Assembly (NCBI GenBank): GCA_963664435.2 | Contig: CAXXKM010000002.1 | Coordinates: forward strand, 288,001 to 352,000 | Reading direction: 5' to 3' | DNA: 64,000 nt | Origin: Longimicrobiales bacterium | GTDB taxonomy: Bacteria; Gemmatimonadota; Gemmatimonadetes; Longimicrobiales; Gaopeijiaceae | Made by a program: the position numbers and the translations under genes | Part shown: piece after piece, positions 1 through 11,042 of the stretch | How positions within the stretch are numbered: position 1 is the first letter of the stretch | Layout: each line of letters begins with the position of its first letter | Notes under the pieces: model-generated | Databases searched by the model: none | Told to the model about the DNA's origin: nothing | Seen by the model: the letters and a program-made list of their open reading frames with translations, nothing else

Positions 1-87
1 GGGACGCGGATTTCGGGCGGTGTGCCCAGAGGAGGAACCGGCGCTCGCCTCGCCTCCGAGGGCTGCCGTTTCCTTTGGCAGCCGCGC

Positions 88-1647
88 TCAGTCCGGCACT
101 CTGCCGGGCAGCCCGAAGCTGACGAGAACTGGGGTTTCCGAGCCCCTGCGACCCGCGCCCACGGCATCGGCGGCTGTCGTCGCCGCAGCCGAGGCCGCAT
201 CCTCGCCTCGGAGCACCGAGGTCAGCCTGCCCGTCTCGCGATCCAGCACCAGTGCCATGGCCTGGTCGCTGGCCTCGTTCAGTTCGACCGAACCCTCCGG
301 ACCCGAAAGTACGATCCGTTCCAGCAGGTCTGCCCAGTCCTCCTCGGCCGGAATCGCAAACAGGAAGTTGCCCCCGCCGTGGCTCAATTCCTCCATCGCG
401 AAGTCCAGTGAGAACTCGCGACTGCCCCCGGTGGCGAACCCTTCGAGCCGGTAGGGACCGGCCTCGGTCGGAAGCTGGACAGGCAAGTCCAGCGTGAACG
501 CGGGGTTCAGCCTCAATTCACCGTCCTGAGTAGTGCCACCCCAGAGCAGCAACCGCCGGGCATCTGCCGAACCGGCCTCGGGAGTCGCGGGGGGTGTCGG
601 GCGGCTTTCCCTCCTCAGGCGCTGCCTCAGTGCACTGGCGAAATGGTAGTCGCTGATCCAGGCCGGAATGCAGTATCCCATCACGTCGGGTGTCGACGGC
701 GGCACCAGCTCCCCGGAGCGCGCGTCGTATCCCCAGACTCCTATGGAGCCATCGTTGTAGGGATAGTTCAGATCAGCGGACTCGTAGGCGAATCCGAGGT
801 TGCATGGAGCGTGCCAGATGAGGTACATCGCGTGGCCGAGTTCGTGGGCCATGATGTGATCGATCTCTCGTCGCAACCTGCCGACGCCCACGAACCCTGC
901 CGCGATTCCGACCGTGCCTGCTCCCGAGCCACCGATGACTCCAAAGTAGTAGCCCGTTCCGCCGTCCATGGTTCGGAGCAGGAGCATTTCGTCGACGAAG
1001 TAGCTCCAGTCCTTGTAGCTATCCGGGTATTCGGTCCGGATGAACGGCTCTCGCACCCTGATGGAATACTCGCCCACTGGGAGCACCTGGGTCACGTATT
1101 CGACCGTGGGGTGTTCCGGTCCCAGCTCCGAGGTCCAATCGAGAACGCCGCTGTCCGGAGCTTGCGCCGTAAGCGTGGGCACGACGGTAAGATCCATGCG
1201 CGGCATCTCGCGCACATCGAGCTGCAGCCGACCCTGCGCGGGAAACCGGGCAACGCTGCCAGCGGCGCGCGGCACGACTCTTCCGGGATCCACCTCTACA
1301 GCCACTTCGACGCCCGGCACCAGGATGTCGCCCGGGACTGCGGCGAGCAGGGACTGATCCGGATGAGCGGCAGCCGCATCCTCGGGGATGCCCAACTCTG
1401 AACGGAGTTCGAGTTCCGCGCGGTGGACCTCCCGGCCGTTCAGGAAGAACCGCGCCTCTCCGCCGGGCTGGTAGTCGTTCGCGTGGTCGGCGGTCACGAG
1501 CACGCGCACGAGCCCGTCGCGCCCCGCGATCAGCGGCACGCGCCCCGCGAGATCCTGGGCCGCCTGATTGACATGCGCGCCGACCACGGAAAGCCGGACT
1601 GCCGGCGAGCAGTTCGTGCCGCCCGTATGGCTCTCGATCGCCCCTAG
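88..1647 (-). pseudogene. 3' half of an IS-disrupted surface protein: M66-like zinc metallopeptidase region
   Basis: HELGH zinc motif followed by HAPC, IGVWGYD and DVMGYC..WISDYHF. The frame is open up to the IS end at 1647 (LGAIESHTGGTNC) and continues the LRR gene. Confidence 0.8.
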
Positions 1648-3332
1648 CCCGGATTTCTCACAGGGTGGCGGATTTGGGTGTGGAATGAAGGATTGAGGCC
1701 GTGGTTGGGCGGGTCAACCGGGTTGCAGGGCGGGAAGGGGTCCCGGTTTCGTCGTGTGAGAGGCGAGAGACGGGGAGAACTGCTGGCTGAAGGGGTCTTC
1801 ACTGCTCGCGGGGCGCACGGGTCCCGGCGGTCTTGCCGAGAGGATGTCCGGAGTGCGTGGGAACTACGCTGGCAATCGTGCGTGGACCCGGGCGAAGGCG
1901 GTCGCGGAGGGGTGTGCGGAGTCCATCGCGACCTTGAGCCGCCGGATGGAGACGGTGACGCGGGCACCGATCTTGAGGAGCTTGAGCCGGAGGGTTCCGG
2001 CGGTGGCGCGGGCCAGGCGCGTGCCGTGGAGCGCACGGCGCAGGGCGTCGAAGAGAATCGAGGCGAAGGCGGAGAAGAGGAGCCGGAGCTGGTTGGCGGC
2101 GAAGCGGGAGGCGGAGGTCCGGTCGGAGAACAGGTCCAGCTGCTGCTCCTTGATCGCGTTCTCCATGTTGCCCCTCGGGCAGTAGACGCGCTCGTAGACG
2201 GACCGGGCCGAGAAGGTGTCGGGCAGCGAGGTGACGACGAAGCGGGGGTTGGACTTGCCGGGCAGGTGCTCGGCCTTGGCGACGACCCGGCGCTTGCGGG
2301 ACCAGCTTGTGAGGGTGGCGTAGAGGAACTCGGTGAACCGTCGGGCCGACCGGCCCCGGCGCTCCGCTGACGCCGCGGCGTCAGCCAACTCCGGGCCGAT
2401 CTTCTTGACGAGCCGCGAGTTCCGGGCCAGGCCGATGGCGTAGTCGACGTCGTTGTCTTCGCACCAGGCCAGGAGGTCTTCGCGGGCATAGGCGGAATCG
2501 GCCCGAAGCAGGATCTGCAGTCTCGGCCACCGTTGCCGGAGCCGTTCGACGATGCGGCCGAGGGGCCCCCTCACGCCTCCGGCGGGATCCGCGTTGCCCG
2601 GCCTCAGCAGCGCGAAGAGCGGGCGGCCGCCGCAGGTGATGTACAGCGGCAGGAAGCAGTAGTGGTTGTAGTAGCCGTGGTAGAAGCCGCCCTCCTGGCG
2701 GCCGTGGACCTCGTCGTCGGTCGAATCGATGTCCAGCACGAGCCGGGACGGCCGCCTCCCCCTCCAGGCGTCGATGAACGACTCGAGCAGCACGGCCTGC
2801 AGCGCGTCCGCATCGTGCTCGATCCTGTGGTACCGCCCCGGCGCCCCGGCGGGAGGTGCATGCTCCAGACGGTTCAGCGTGCTCTTGCCCGCCAGCGCCG
2901 CGCAGTTCCTGCGGCGGCCCTCGAGCTTCCCGGAAAACAGCGCCAGCAGCGGGTCGTGCCGCAGCTCGTCATGGTCGTTGAGATCCTCGTATCCCAGCGC
3001 AATGCCCATGATCCGCTGCGCCACCAGCGTCTCGACCGAGTGCTCTGTCAGGCGGGCATCGCGGTGGTCCGTGAAGCACGCGGCCACCCGGTCGACGAGC
3101 CCAGTGGACCGGTCGGCCGCTCTGAGCAGCAGCGCTCCCCCGTTCGACGTAATCGATCCGCCGTCGAACGCCGCGGTCACCTTCCGGCCCTGGCACCCTT
3201 GAAATCCGAACGAAACGGGTCTATACTGTGTCGGCATCGGTCCTCTGGTGTGGTGACTGTCAAGTTTGTGCGGCACATAAACTTAACAACCCCCGGAGGC
3301 CGATGCCATCTTATTGCTGTGAGAAATCCGGG
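1648..3332 (-). mobile_element. IS1380-family insertion sequence
   Basis: Perfect 16-bp terminal inverted repeats CCCGGATTTCTCACAG (1648-1663) and CTGTGAGAAATCCGGG (3317-3332). Flanks CTAG/ATAG form an imperfect 4-bp target duplication. Confidence 0.93.
1864..3276 (-). CDS. IS1380-family DDE transposase
   Basis: FDGGSITSNGGALLL, LGYEDLNDH, LDIDST, LRADSA and RGNMENAIKE motifs. The true start may be 3237. Confidence 0.93.
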   Translation of the reverse strand: MPHKLDSHHTRGPMPTQYRPVSFGFQGCQGRKVTAAFDGGSITSNGGALLLRAADRSTGLVDRVAACFTDHRDARLTEHSVETLVAQRIMGIALGYEDLNDHDELRHDPLLALFSGKLEGRRRNCAALAGKSTLNRLEHAPPAGAPGRYHRIEHDADALQAVLLESFIDAWRGRRPSRLVLDIDSTDDEVHGRQEGGFYHGYYNHYCFLPLYITCGGRPLFALLRPGNADPAGGVRGPLGRIVERLRQRWPRLQILLRADSAYAREDLLAWCEDNDVDYAIGLARNSRLVKKIGPELADAAASAERRGRSARRFTEFLYATLTSWSRKRRVVAKAEHLPGKSNPRFVVTSLPDTFSARSVYERVYCPRGNMENAIKEQQLDLFSDRTSASRFAANQLRLLFSAFASILFDALRRALHGTRLARATAGTLRLKLLKIGARVTVSIRRLKVAMDSAHPSATAFARVHARLPA

Positions 3333-3333
3333 A

Positions 3334-6273
3334 TAGCCACGCCTGGTACCATTCGACCGCCGGCGCGCAGAGACCGCTGTCGTTCCATTGGAAGTCGGCC
3401 AGATTCGGCAGCCCGGCCAAGGAACCGGGCAGCGCGCCGGTGAACCGGTTGCCCGCCACGAGCAGGGTCGTGAGTTCCGAGAGGTTTCCGAGTGCGGCCG
3501 GAAGCCGGCCGTCGAACCGGTTAGCCGACAGATACAGCTCGCGGAGTTCCGCCAGCTTGCCCAGTTCGCCCGGTAGTTCGCCAGCCAGCCGATTGTCCCG
3601 GAGATCGAGACGCCTCAGGTCCGCGAGGAATCCGATTTCCGGCGGGACCGTACCCGAGAGCCCGTTGGCGCGAAGGTCCAGCTCCGTCACGCGGCCTTCC
3701 TCGTCCGTCGTCACGCCATGCCACTCCGACACCGGCTGATCCGTCAGCCAACCGATTGCGTTTGTCCACCCGGGGCCGCCAGCCGCCTCGTACAGTGCCG
3801 CCAGCGCGTCCGCGAAGCAGGTGGGTCCGCCCCTCATGTCCCGGATGGTCTCCAGCCACGCCTGAAACTTCGGATCGGTAGGCGCGCACAGCCCGGTGTC
3901 CTCCCACACGAACCTCGTGAGCGGCAAGTCGATCAACTCAGTCGGGATCGGTCCCGCCAACTCGTTCTCTGCCACAGTCAGGATTTCCAGGCGGCGAAGA
4001 TTGCCGAGCTCGGGCGGAAGAAGGCCGGTCAGATTGTTGTCGCTGAACAACAGGTACCTCAGGTCCACGAGATTGCCTAGTTCCGGCGGCACCACCCCCT
4101 CCAGGCTGTTGCCCTGGAGCAGCAGTTCGGACAGCCGGGTCAGCCCGCCGAGCCACGGCGGGATCGACCCGCTCAGGTCGTTGTGGGGAAGATAGAGACG
4201 TCGGAGGTTCTGGAGTTCGCCGAGCGAGGGCGGAATCGAGCCCGTTAGCTCACTATAGTGGAGCGTGAGGCTCTCGAGATCCGCGAGGTTGCCGAGTTCC
4301 GGTGGAATCGAGCCCGTAAAGCGGTTATAGCCCAGCTCCAGAAGCCGAAGCTCGGAGAGATTACTCAGCTCGCGCGGAATCGGGCCCGTGAACTGCGGGC
4401 AACAAGCGTAGGCGGTGAGATCCAGCTCGCGCAGACTGACGAGACCGCCGAGTTCCACCGGAATTTCGCCCGTCAAGTCAAGGTTCTGACCGAGGTCGAG
4501 GACCTCCAGTTTCGCGAGGGCTCCCAGTTCTGCCGGAATCGTGCCCGACAGGCGGTTCGCCCTCAGCCTCAACGAGCGCAGCTCCGGGAGACCAGCGAAG
4601 AACGGCGGAATGTGGCCGACGAGTTCGTTCGCGGAAAGATCCACGCGTTCGAGATCGGTGAGCTTGCCAAGATCCGAGGGGATGGCACCGGTCAGCGCAT
4701 TCTCGCTCAGGTTCAGTTCCTCAAGATTGGAGAGATCGCCTAGTTGCGCCGGAATGCCGCCAGTGAAGTTGTTGCCGTACAGGTTGAGCGACTCGAGGTC
4801 GGCGAGCCTGCCCAGCTCCGGCGGAATCGGTCCTGTCAATTCGGTGCGGGAGAGATTCAGCTCGCGCAATTCCGAGAGATACGCGAGTTCCACCGGAATC
4901 GAGCCGTGTAGCCGATTGGACAAAGCCAGGGTGACCACCCGGCCGTCGCCGTCGGTCTCGACGCCATGCCACGAATCCAGAGGCAGGTCCGTCAGCCAGC
5001 CCTCGCTGTTGTGCCAGAACGATCCGTTGGTGGCGTTGTAGAGCGTGACCAGAATATCCCGGTCGCTCGGATACCAGACCAGCATGTCGATGGTGCCGCT
5101 AATATCCGAGCCCGCCGACCCGGCGGCCGTGATCTCCACCGCGCCCTCCGCAACCGCCGTCACCAGACCGGTATCGTCCACCGTCGCCACGGTCTCGTTG
5201 CTCGTCGACCAGACAAACACGACGCCCGCATCCGCTACCGGAAAGCCGTTCGCGTCGGTCGGCTCCGCCAGCAACCGGACCGCCTCTCCCGGAGCCCGGA
5301 GCGTGTCCACCGCCGGCGTGATGCGAACACCCTTGATATCCTGGACCACCGTCACACGAGCCTTGGCCGACAGCGTTCCCGTCACCGGCGAACTGGTCGC
5401 CGCCGAGATCGTTGCACTCCCGGTCCCGACCGCGGTTACCAACCCCGTTGAGTTCACCGCCGCCACCGTCTCGTCGGCCGAAGTCCATTCGATCGTGCCC
5501 ACGCGCGTGACCGTGTGGCCGTTGGCATCCACCGCTTGTGCCGTCAGTCGCGTGGTGTCTCCCAGCGCCTGGAGCGCAACCTCGGCCGGAGCGATTCCCC
5601 GGAATTCGACCGCTCGCTGCGCGACCTCCACGACTGCCTCCGCAGTCATCCCCGAGACCGTCGCCGATATCGTCGAGCGTCCGTTCCCGACCGCCGTCAC
5701 CAGACCCGTGGAGTCCACGGTTGCAACTGTGCCTGCCGAACTTGCCCAAGCGAAATCGGATCCGACTGCGACCAGGTTGTCGGCGTCGTCATACGCCACC
5801 GCCTCCATCCGTATCGTGCCTGCAAGAGCAAAGAGTTGGAAGAAATCGCGCTCCATGCCGACCCGCGTAGGTTCTCCCAACTCCACCTTGACCGATACCC
5901 TGGACTGTACGCTCCCTTGGCCTCCTGGCATGCCCGTGAGGCTCGTGCCTAGCACCTCACCGGTGACGGTCGCCGACCCTCCGCCCACCGCAGTCACTGA
6001 GGCGCGGTAGGTGTCGGTAATGGACGGCACCATCGCCACCGACTCGTCGCTGCTGGCCCAAAACATCTTGGGCCCGTCCGGATTACTGCGCGCCGGGGGG
6101 GGACCGCCGACCTCTGCGGTCAGTTCCGCCTGCTGTCCGATTCCTCGAAGAACTACCTCTCCTGGTCGAATTTCCAAAGTAATTGGTGCTTTGGGCTCCA
6201 CCGGATCATCCCCACACCCGGCCACGAGCAACAGGAGCAGACGTGCTCTCGAGTGCCACCACCGCCGGATCAC
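3334..6273 (-). pseudogene. 5' half of an IS-disrupted lipoprotein: Ig-like (Big_2) repeats plus plant-type LRRs
   Basis: Lipobox-like LVAGC; repeated W.SS...VATVD.TGLVTAV.G units; many LxxLxLxxNxLxGxIP repeats. GTG at 6273 overlaps the upstream stop. Confidence 0.85.
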
Positions 6274-6638
6274 GGTGTGACCGTCACCCATTCAGCCACC
6301 ACGCCGACCCCGCCTTGCCCGTCCCGCACCGCCAGCATGACCAGGAAGGTCCCCGCGGTCGCATATCTGTGGACATGCACTGCCTTCGTTCCCGCCGCCG
6401 CGCCGTCACCGGTCGACCACTGCCAGGCCGCGATCCCCGCATCGTCCGTCGACGTGCTCGTGAAGGTGCAATTCAGCCCGCTGCAGGACGTTGTGAAATC
6501 GGCGGTCGGCGGGGTGTTGGTTGCCCGGAACGGCCCACCGGTCGTGAGGGACAGAGTTGCGGACGTGGAGTTGTTGTGATCGTCCGTCACCGTCAGCACG
6601 ACGGTATAGGTGCCTTGCGAATCATAAGTATGGTCCAC
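6270..6638 (-). pseudogene. PKD-domain protein, probably 5'-truncated
   Basis: HTY...GTYTVVLTVTD, PTADFT..C.GL.C.F, WSTGDG and H.YATAGTF.V.L.V.D motifs. The ORF begins mid-domain. Confidence 0.7.
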
Positions 6639-7067
6639 CTCCCGGCCCGAGCCCGAGAACTCTTCTAAGTCTAATCAGGACTCCACGATCTGCCGTTCTC
6701 GCCGTTGACGAAGATCTGGATCCGTCGGCCCGAAACAGCGGAGACTGGGGGCCAAACGGCGGACATTGTAGTAGCTGTCCCACAAGGAAGCGAGCGCGGC
6801 GAGGCTCCGCTCGGCCGCGTCATTCACGCGGCGGCGTCACTCCGTGCTGGGCTATCGCTCGCCGCTCGAGTTCGAACGTCTCCACGTGGCCACTGTGGAC
6901 GGCCCGGCCTGTGAACGCCCTCCGGGCGCCCACGAGTCCGTTGGAGCCCGCGCTACGCGCGGACTCCAAACCGCCCACAGGAAGAGATGTTGATGTACAG
7001 GCCATAACGTGAACCCAAAATAACGTTAACCTGTCCGCGAGAGCGGGGCAACAAAGCTCAGCACCCT

Positions 7068-8048
7068 TCAGCCCGGTCCAGTGTAGTTGGCTTCGGAAGA
7101 CACCGGCCCATATATGTTCGCGGAGGTGCACGGTCCTTTCCTTATGAATCTCCCGGATCCCTGGATCGCCTGCACGCTGAACACCGGCCAGTCTTCCGGG
7201 TCGGTGTCCCCCGACCTGCCCAGGCCCGCCTGGACGGCCAGGGTATAGGTCGTTACACCATTGGATCCACTCAAAGACGGGAACGGGCCTTTCCACTGTG
7301 GGCCCGTAGTTGGGCCCGTACGGCATCTATCGATTTGTGTGCGGTACGCGCCGACCCAGACGTGGAAATTGCTGGTATTGCTCGACCTTTCCCAACGGAT
7401 AATGTAATCGTGGCCGTGATTCCACTCCACCGTAAGATTCGGGATGGGCCCCGGCCCCGGGGCGTTGGCCTGGTCCGTCTCCAGACCGCGTATGGTGAAG
7501 TCCAGTCGATGCGACAGAATCCGGCCGTCTTCGGTGCACAACGCGCTGGACCCCGCGCAACGCGTGCGCCGCCAGGCCCTGGACCGGTCTACAATTCGCA
7601 CAGTCCCCTCCCCAGATGGCTCCACAGTGAGTTGCCAGTGGCTGGTCACCCATCCGCTTCTTCCGTCCGACCGCCGCTTACGGTCCTGGCGGGTCGCTTT
7701 CTTGATGCGGCCCCCGCTGGTCTGGAAGGAGCCGCGGCTTCTGTGAGCTATATACTGGGGCTTGGTGACAATCGGCTCGCTGAAGATGAGCTCGACGGTG
7801 AAGGCACTCCCGTCGTGATCGCTCGGATGCAAGACGTCGGCAGTGAGGGGCACAGCCCCCGATCGGTTGGCCCGCATCGGCAGAGGGCCAGTGTTGAGCG
7901 TGTCGCTCGCGAGCACGGTGACCTCGTGCGCGGGCGAGGTAGTCGCCAGCGTCACGGAGCTAGGGTCAGGTGTGGTTGGGGATTGAATGTCCGAACAACC
8001 CAACAGCACAACAGCAGCCAGTGAGCCAGTGAAAATCCGTCTATTCAT
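7068..8048 (-). CDS. Putative lipoprotein with an Ig-like region
   Basis: AAGGAG RBS, MNRR..VVLLGC lipobox and an FTVELIFSEP Ig-like motif. Confidence 0.65.
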   Translation of the reverse strand: MNRRIFTGSLAAVVLLGCSDIQSPTTPDPSSVTLATTSPAHEVTVLASDTLNTGPLPMRANRSGAVPLTADVLHPSDHDGSAFTVELIFSEPIVTKPQYIAHRSRGSFQTSGGRIKKATRQDRKRRSDGRSGWVTSHWQLTVEPSGEGTVRIVDRSRAWRRTRCAGSSALCTEDGRILSHRLDFTIRGLETDQANAPGPGPIPNLTVEWNHGHDYIIRWERSSNTSNFHVWVGAYRTQIDRCRTGPTTGPQWKGPFPSLSGSNGVTTYTLAVQAGLGRSGDTDPEDWPVFSVQAIQGSGRFIRKGPCTSANIYGPVSSEANYTGPG

Positions 8049-8148
8049 GGGCCTGAGGTCTCCTTGAAGTTGTGCCCCGCTCCTCGCTGTCTCGCGGGGG
8101 CGTCCACTAATGAAGAAAGAAGAATACACGAGTTGTACTGGACGCGCG

Positions 8149-8164
8149 TCCCCAATATTGGGGA
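8149..8164. promoter_or_regulatory. 16-bp palindrome TCCCCAATATTGGGGA (putative activator site)
   Basis: Perfect inverted repeat centred about -42.5 relative to a minus-strand TATTCT (8121-8126). An identical copy lies at 9687-9702. Confidence 0.65.
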
Positions 8165-8247
8165 GATGTTGCGTCTTCTTCTGAGGATATTCAGGTAGTT
8201 CCGAAAAGGCGGAAGAGGTCAGCGCCGACCCGCGGCGGCTTCCGCCT

Positions 8248-9402
8248 TCAGCGCCGGGATTCCGGAGCGCCGCCCAGCGAAAGCACGAGCCGCACCAGGT
8301 CCGCCTGCCGGGACAGGCCGTGCTTGGTGAACATGCGCTTCACATGCGAACGGATCGTGCTTTCCCCGCGGCCCGTCGCCGCGGCGACCTCGCGGACGGT
8401 CATGCCTTCGGCCAACAGCGTCGCCACACGGCCCTCCATCCCGGTGAGCCCGAGCACCCGCGCCGCCACGGCCGGATCGATGCGGATCCGGCTCGCCGGG
8501 TCGGTGACCAGCACCAGCGCCGCGACCGGCCAGATCCGCAAGTCTGTCTCCGGTCGGCCAACCGGGTTGACGTGCAGCGCCAGCGGTGGCAGGGGCCAAG
8601 GGCGGCTGACCATCGTCGGGCCGGCGGCGCCCTGAGCCCCGGAGGGTGGCAGCGCTCGCGCCAACACCGCCTGGAGTTTGGCGTTGTCCTCCTTCAAGCG
8701 GGCGTGGAGGAAACCGCCCTTGTCGAACAGACCCTCGCCGGTCCGGAGCACATCCCGGGCGCGGTCGTTCGCCTCCACGATCCGCCCGCGCCCATCGAGC
8801 TGCACGATGCCCAACCCGGTGATGTCGAGCAGCGTCGCCACGGACGCACCCAGTGCGCCGGCCCCGGCCAGCGCCTGCTGTACGCACACGCATTGACGGA
8901 TATGGGGCAGGAGGCGCCGGATCAAGTTGAGCTGGGCGGACGACCAGCCATTCCCGTCGACCGAGTCGTTGACGTGCCAGACGATCCGCGAGCCACCCGG
9001 CCCGTCCAGGCGCACAATGATGCTGTTGCCGCCGCCATGGGAGGGGACCAGCAGCTCGTTGTACGTCGCGGAGGTCTTCAGCTCCTCCTCGCGGTAGAGG
9101 TCGGTGACATGGACCAGCTTGCTGTCGGGGAGACGCCGGACGCGCGGGACCCGTTCGTCCAGGGCATAGTAGTTCTCAAAATATTCCCGCTCCAATGCCC
9201 GCCGCCGTTGTCCGCGGGCGAACGACCACGCAAAGATCATCCGGATGTCCTTTTCGGAGTCACCGTCGGCGAACAACATGCTGCTGCCGTGCGTGCGCAG
9301 GGCGTCGTCGATGAGCGCGGTGGCGCTCGACCACCGCGCACGGTCGAACGCCGTCTCGTGCAGCGAAGCCAGGATGGCGTGGAACACCTCCCGTTCGCTC
9401 AT
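8248..9402 (-). CDS. LuxR-family HTH regulator with GAF/PAS-like sensory region
   Basis: C-terminal LT..E.RVA.LLAEG....EVA......TIRSHVKRMF.K.G..RQ.DLV; PAS-like LDGRGRIVEAN. Confidence 0.85.
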   Translation of the reverse strand: MSEREVFHAILASLHETAFDRARWSSATALIDDALRTHGSSMLFADGDSEKDIRMIFAWSFARGQRRRALEREYFENYYALDERVPRVRRLPDSKLVHVTDLYREEELKTSATYNELLVPSHGGGNSIIVRLDGPGGSRIVWHVNDSVDGNGWSSAQLNLIRRLLPHIRQCVCVQQALAGAGALGASVATLLDITGLGIVQLDGRGRIVEANDRARDVLRTGEGLFDKGGFLHARLKEDNAKLQAVLARALPPSGAQGAAGPTMVSRPWPLPPLALHVNPVGRPETDLRIWPVAALVLVTDPASRIRIDPAVAARVLGLTGMEGRVATLLAEGMTVREVAAATGRGESTIRSHVKRMFTKHGLSRQADLVRLVLSLGGAPESRR

Positions 9403-9686
9403 CGGCGCGCCGTCGCTCGCGGACCGTGGGCCACCCGGATTCCGGTCGGCTCTCTCGCCATGAACCCTCCCCCCGTGTCGCTGATGCACCGCTGCAACCC
9501 TGCGCCCCGCTACGTCCAGGGCCGTACTGCCCGCGCCGACGCCAGGGGACACCCGCACCGCCTTCAGGGGCAGGGCAGGTAACACGGCAGACACGAGGAA
9601 TGCGTCCTCCGCACGCTGGCCCGAATGCGCGCACCTTCTGAAAAAATCAGATCTTGAATAGTACACGAATTGTGCGCGGGTACGCA

Positions 9687-9702
9687 TCCCCAATATTGGG
9701 GA
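9687..9702. promoter_or_regulatory. Second copy of palindrome TCCCCAATATTGGGGA
   Basis: Centred about -43.5 relative to a minus-strand TACTAT (9658-9663), upstream of the LuxR gene. Confidence 0.65.
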
Positions 9703-9892
9703 GAACGGCGGCTTTTCCTGACCGTGGTATGGCAGGGGGAAACGAGCTCAAGGAGCGGAGCCGGATCTCCTGACAAGCCTGTTTGTGCTCTCACCCGGAC
9801 CGGTCACCAGCACTGCCGGCGATCGAGCTTACGTATGCGTTAAGAGTATATACGACACATACTTACCATTAATCACGGGAACGATCCCAGTC

Positions 9893-10134
9893 ATGACACA
9901 GCGTGTGCGGGAGTCCATTGCTTTTCAAGGGGTGGGCCGACGTCAGGTCATAGGCCGATTTGACGGTGGGCGCATGTCGTCGGACGGCGGAGCCCTTCTG
10001 TTGCGGGAAGCGGACAGGGTACTGGACGTGGCCGTCCGGATCGTGGCTTGCTTCGACGATCACCGGGATCCGGCCCGAACGGAGCACCCGGTCGGGGCGC
10101 TGGTCAGGCAGCGGGTGTTCGGGCTCGCGCTGGC
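9893..10134 (+). pseudogene. IS1380-family transposase N-terminal fragment
   Basis: FQGVGRRQVIGRFDGGRMSSDGGALLL...QRVFGLAL aligns with the N-terminus of the 1864-3276 transposase and stops before GYED. Confidence 0.85.
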
Positions 10135-10150
10135 GGATATGGGGCAGGAG

Positions 10151-10268
10151 GCGGGGATAGGCCCGACTTCTCGGCCTACAAGATCCGTGACGTGACGGCT
10201 CCCCCGCGTGCGCGGGGATAGACCGCCGTCATAGCCGACGAGATGCGGGCGCTGGTGGGCTCCCCGCG
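10151..10268 (+). CRISPR. Orphan type I-E-like CRISPR remnant: one full and two partial repeats, two spacers
   Basis: Full 29-nt repeat GGCTCCCCCGCGTGCGCGGGGATAGACCG at 10197-10225; 3' partial at 10151-10164; 5' partial at 10258-10268. Period is 61 bp and spacers are 32 nt. Confidence 0.8.
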
Positions 10269-10311
10269 AACCTTGCCGCGCACGCCGGGGGACCCATTCT
10301 GGCCGGGGTGG

Positions 10312-10900
10312 TCAGTCCGTGATGACCACAGCCCGGTACTGCCCCGGGTCCCCGAGCTGGTAGTCCTCTCCCGTGACCTCGATGACGCGGACCCGGTACA
10401 GAGGCAGCCGGCCCCGGTCCGGCACCCGGAACCGCATGAGGGGACCCGCTTCGAGGGAGCCCGCCACGATGATCCGGTGCCGCCCGGGCGCCTTGGATTC
10501 GTACAACTCGAACCCGGGAGCGCGCACGGCTTCGATGCCGGGGCCTTCGAGCTCCAGCAGAACGCCGGTGCCGCGACCGGCCGCCGGGCCGCTGCGGCCG
10601 CGGCGGCCCGGCCGGCGGCGGCAGGGGGAGGGGAGCCCGTCGGGGTTGTGCCGCACCGCGCTTCGCCCCGCCTGCACCGGTCGATCCACGCGAGCAGGTC
10701 GCCGAGGTCGTAGCGGCCGTTTGCGTGGCCCGGGAGGTCGAGCGCGGCCAGCCGCGCTTCGCTGAGCCGCACGTCCCCGAACAGAGCGCCCGCGGCCTCG
10801 TCCGGCGTCAGGCCTTCCGCGACGGCCAGAGCCTCCTCCAGCGCGTCGTCCCCAACGACCGCGCCGGCGCGATCCGACGCGGCGGAGCCCGCCGCGACAT
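10312..10900 (-). pseudogene. Fragments of the C-terminal region of a surface protein
   Basis: EF-hand/dockerin-like ANGRYDLGDLL in one frame and GVLLELEGPGIE...YRVRVIEV in another; no credible start. Confidence 0.5.
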
Positions 10901-11042
10901 CGCCGCACAACCGGCGTCGACCACGGCCCGTTCTTCGCCGCGCCCCTGAAAGCCGCCGCCACCCGGAAGTAGGCCGCCCCCTTCGTCCTGTAATGCAGTG
11001 GGGGTGGAGGGGGGTGTGCCGCTCGGCGTGTTCTCTTTGCTA

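Noticed and set aside
3400..5800. Internal nucleotide repeats as a DGR or tandem array
   Set aside because: They are explained by LRR and Ig domain periodicity, and no reverse transcriptase is in the window.
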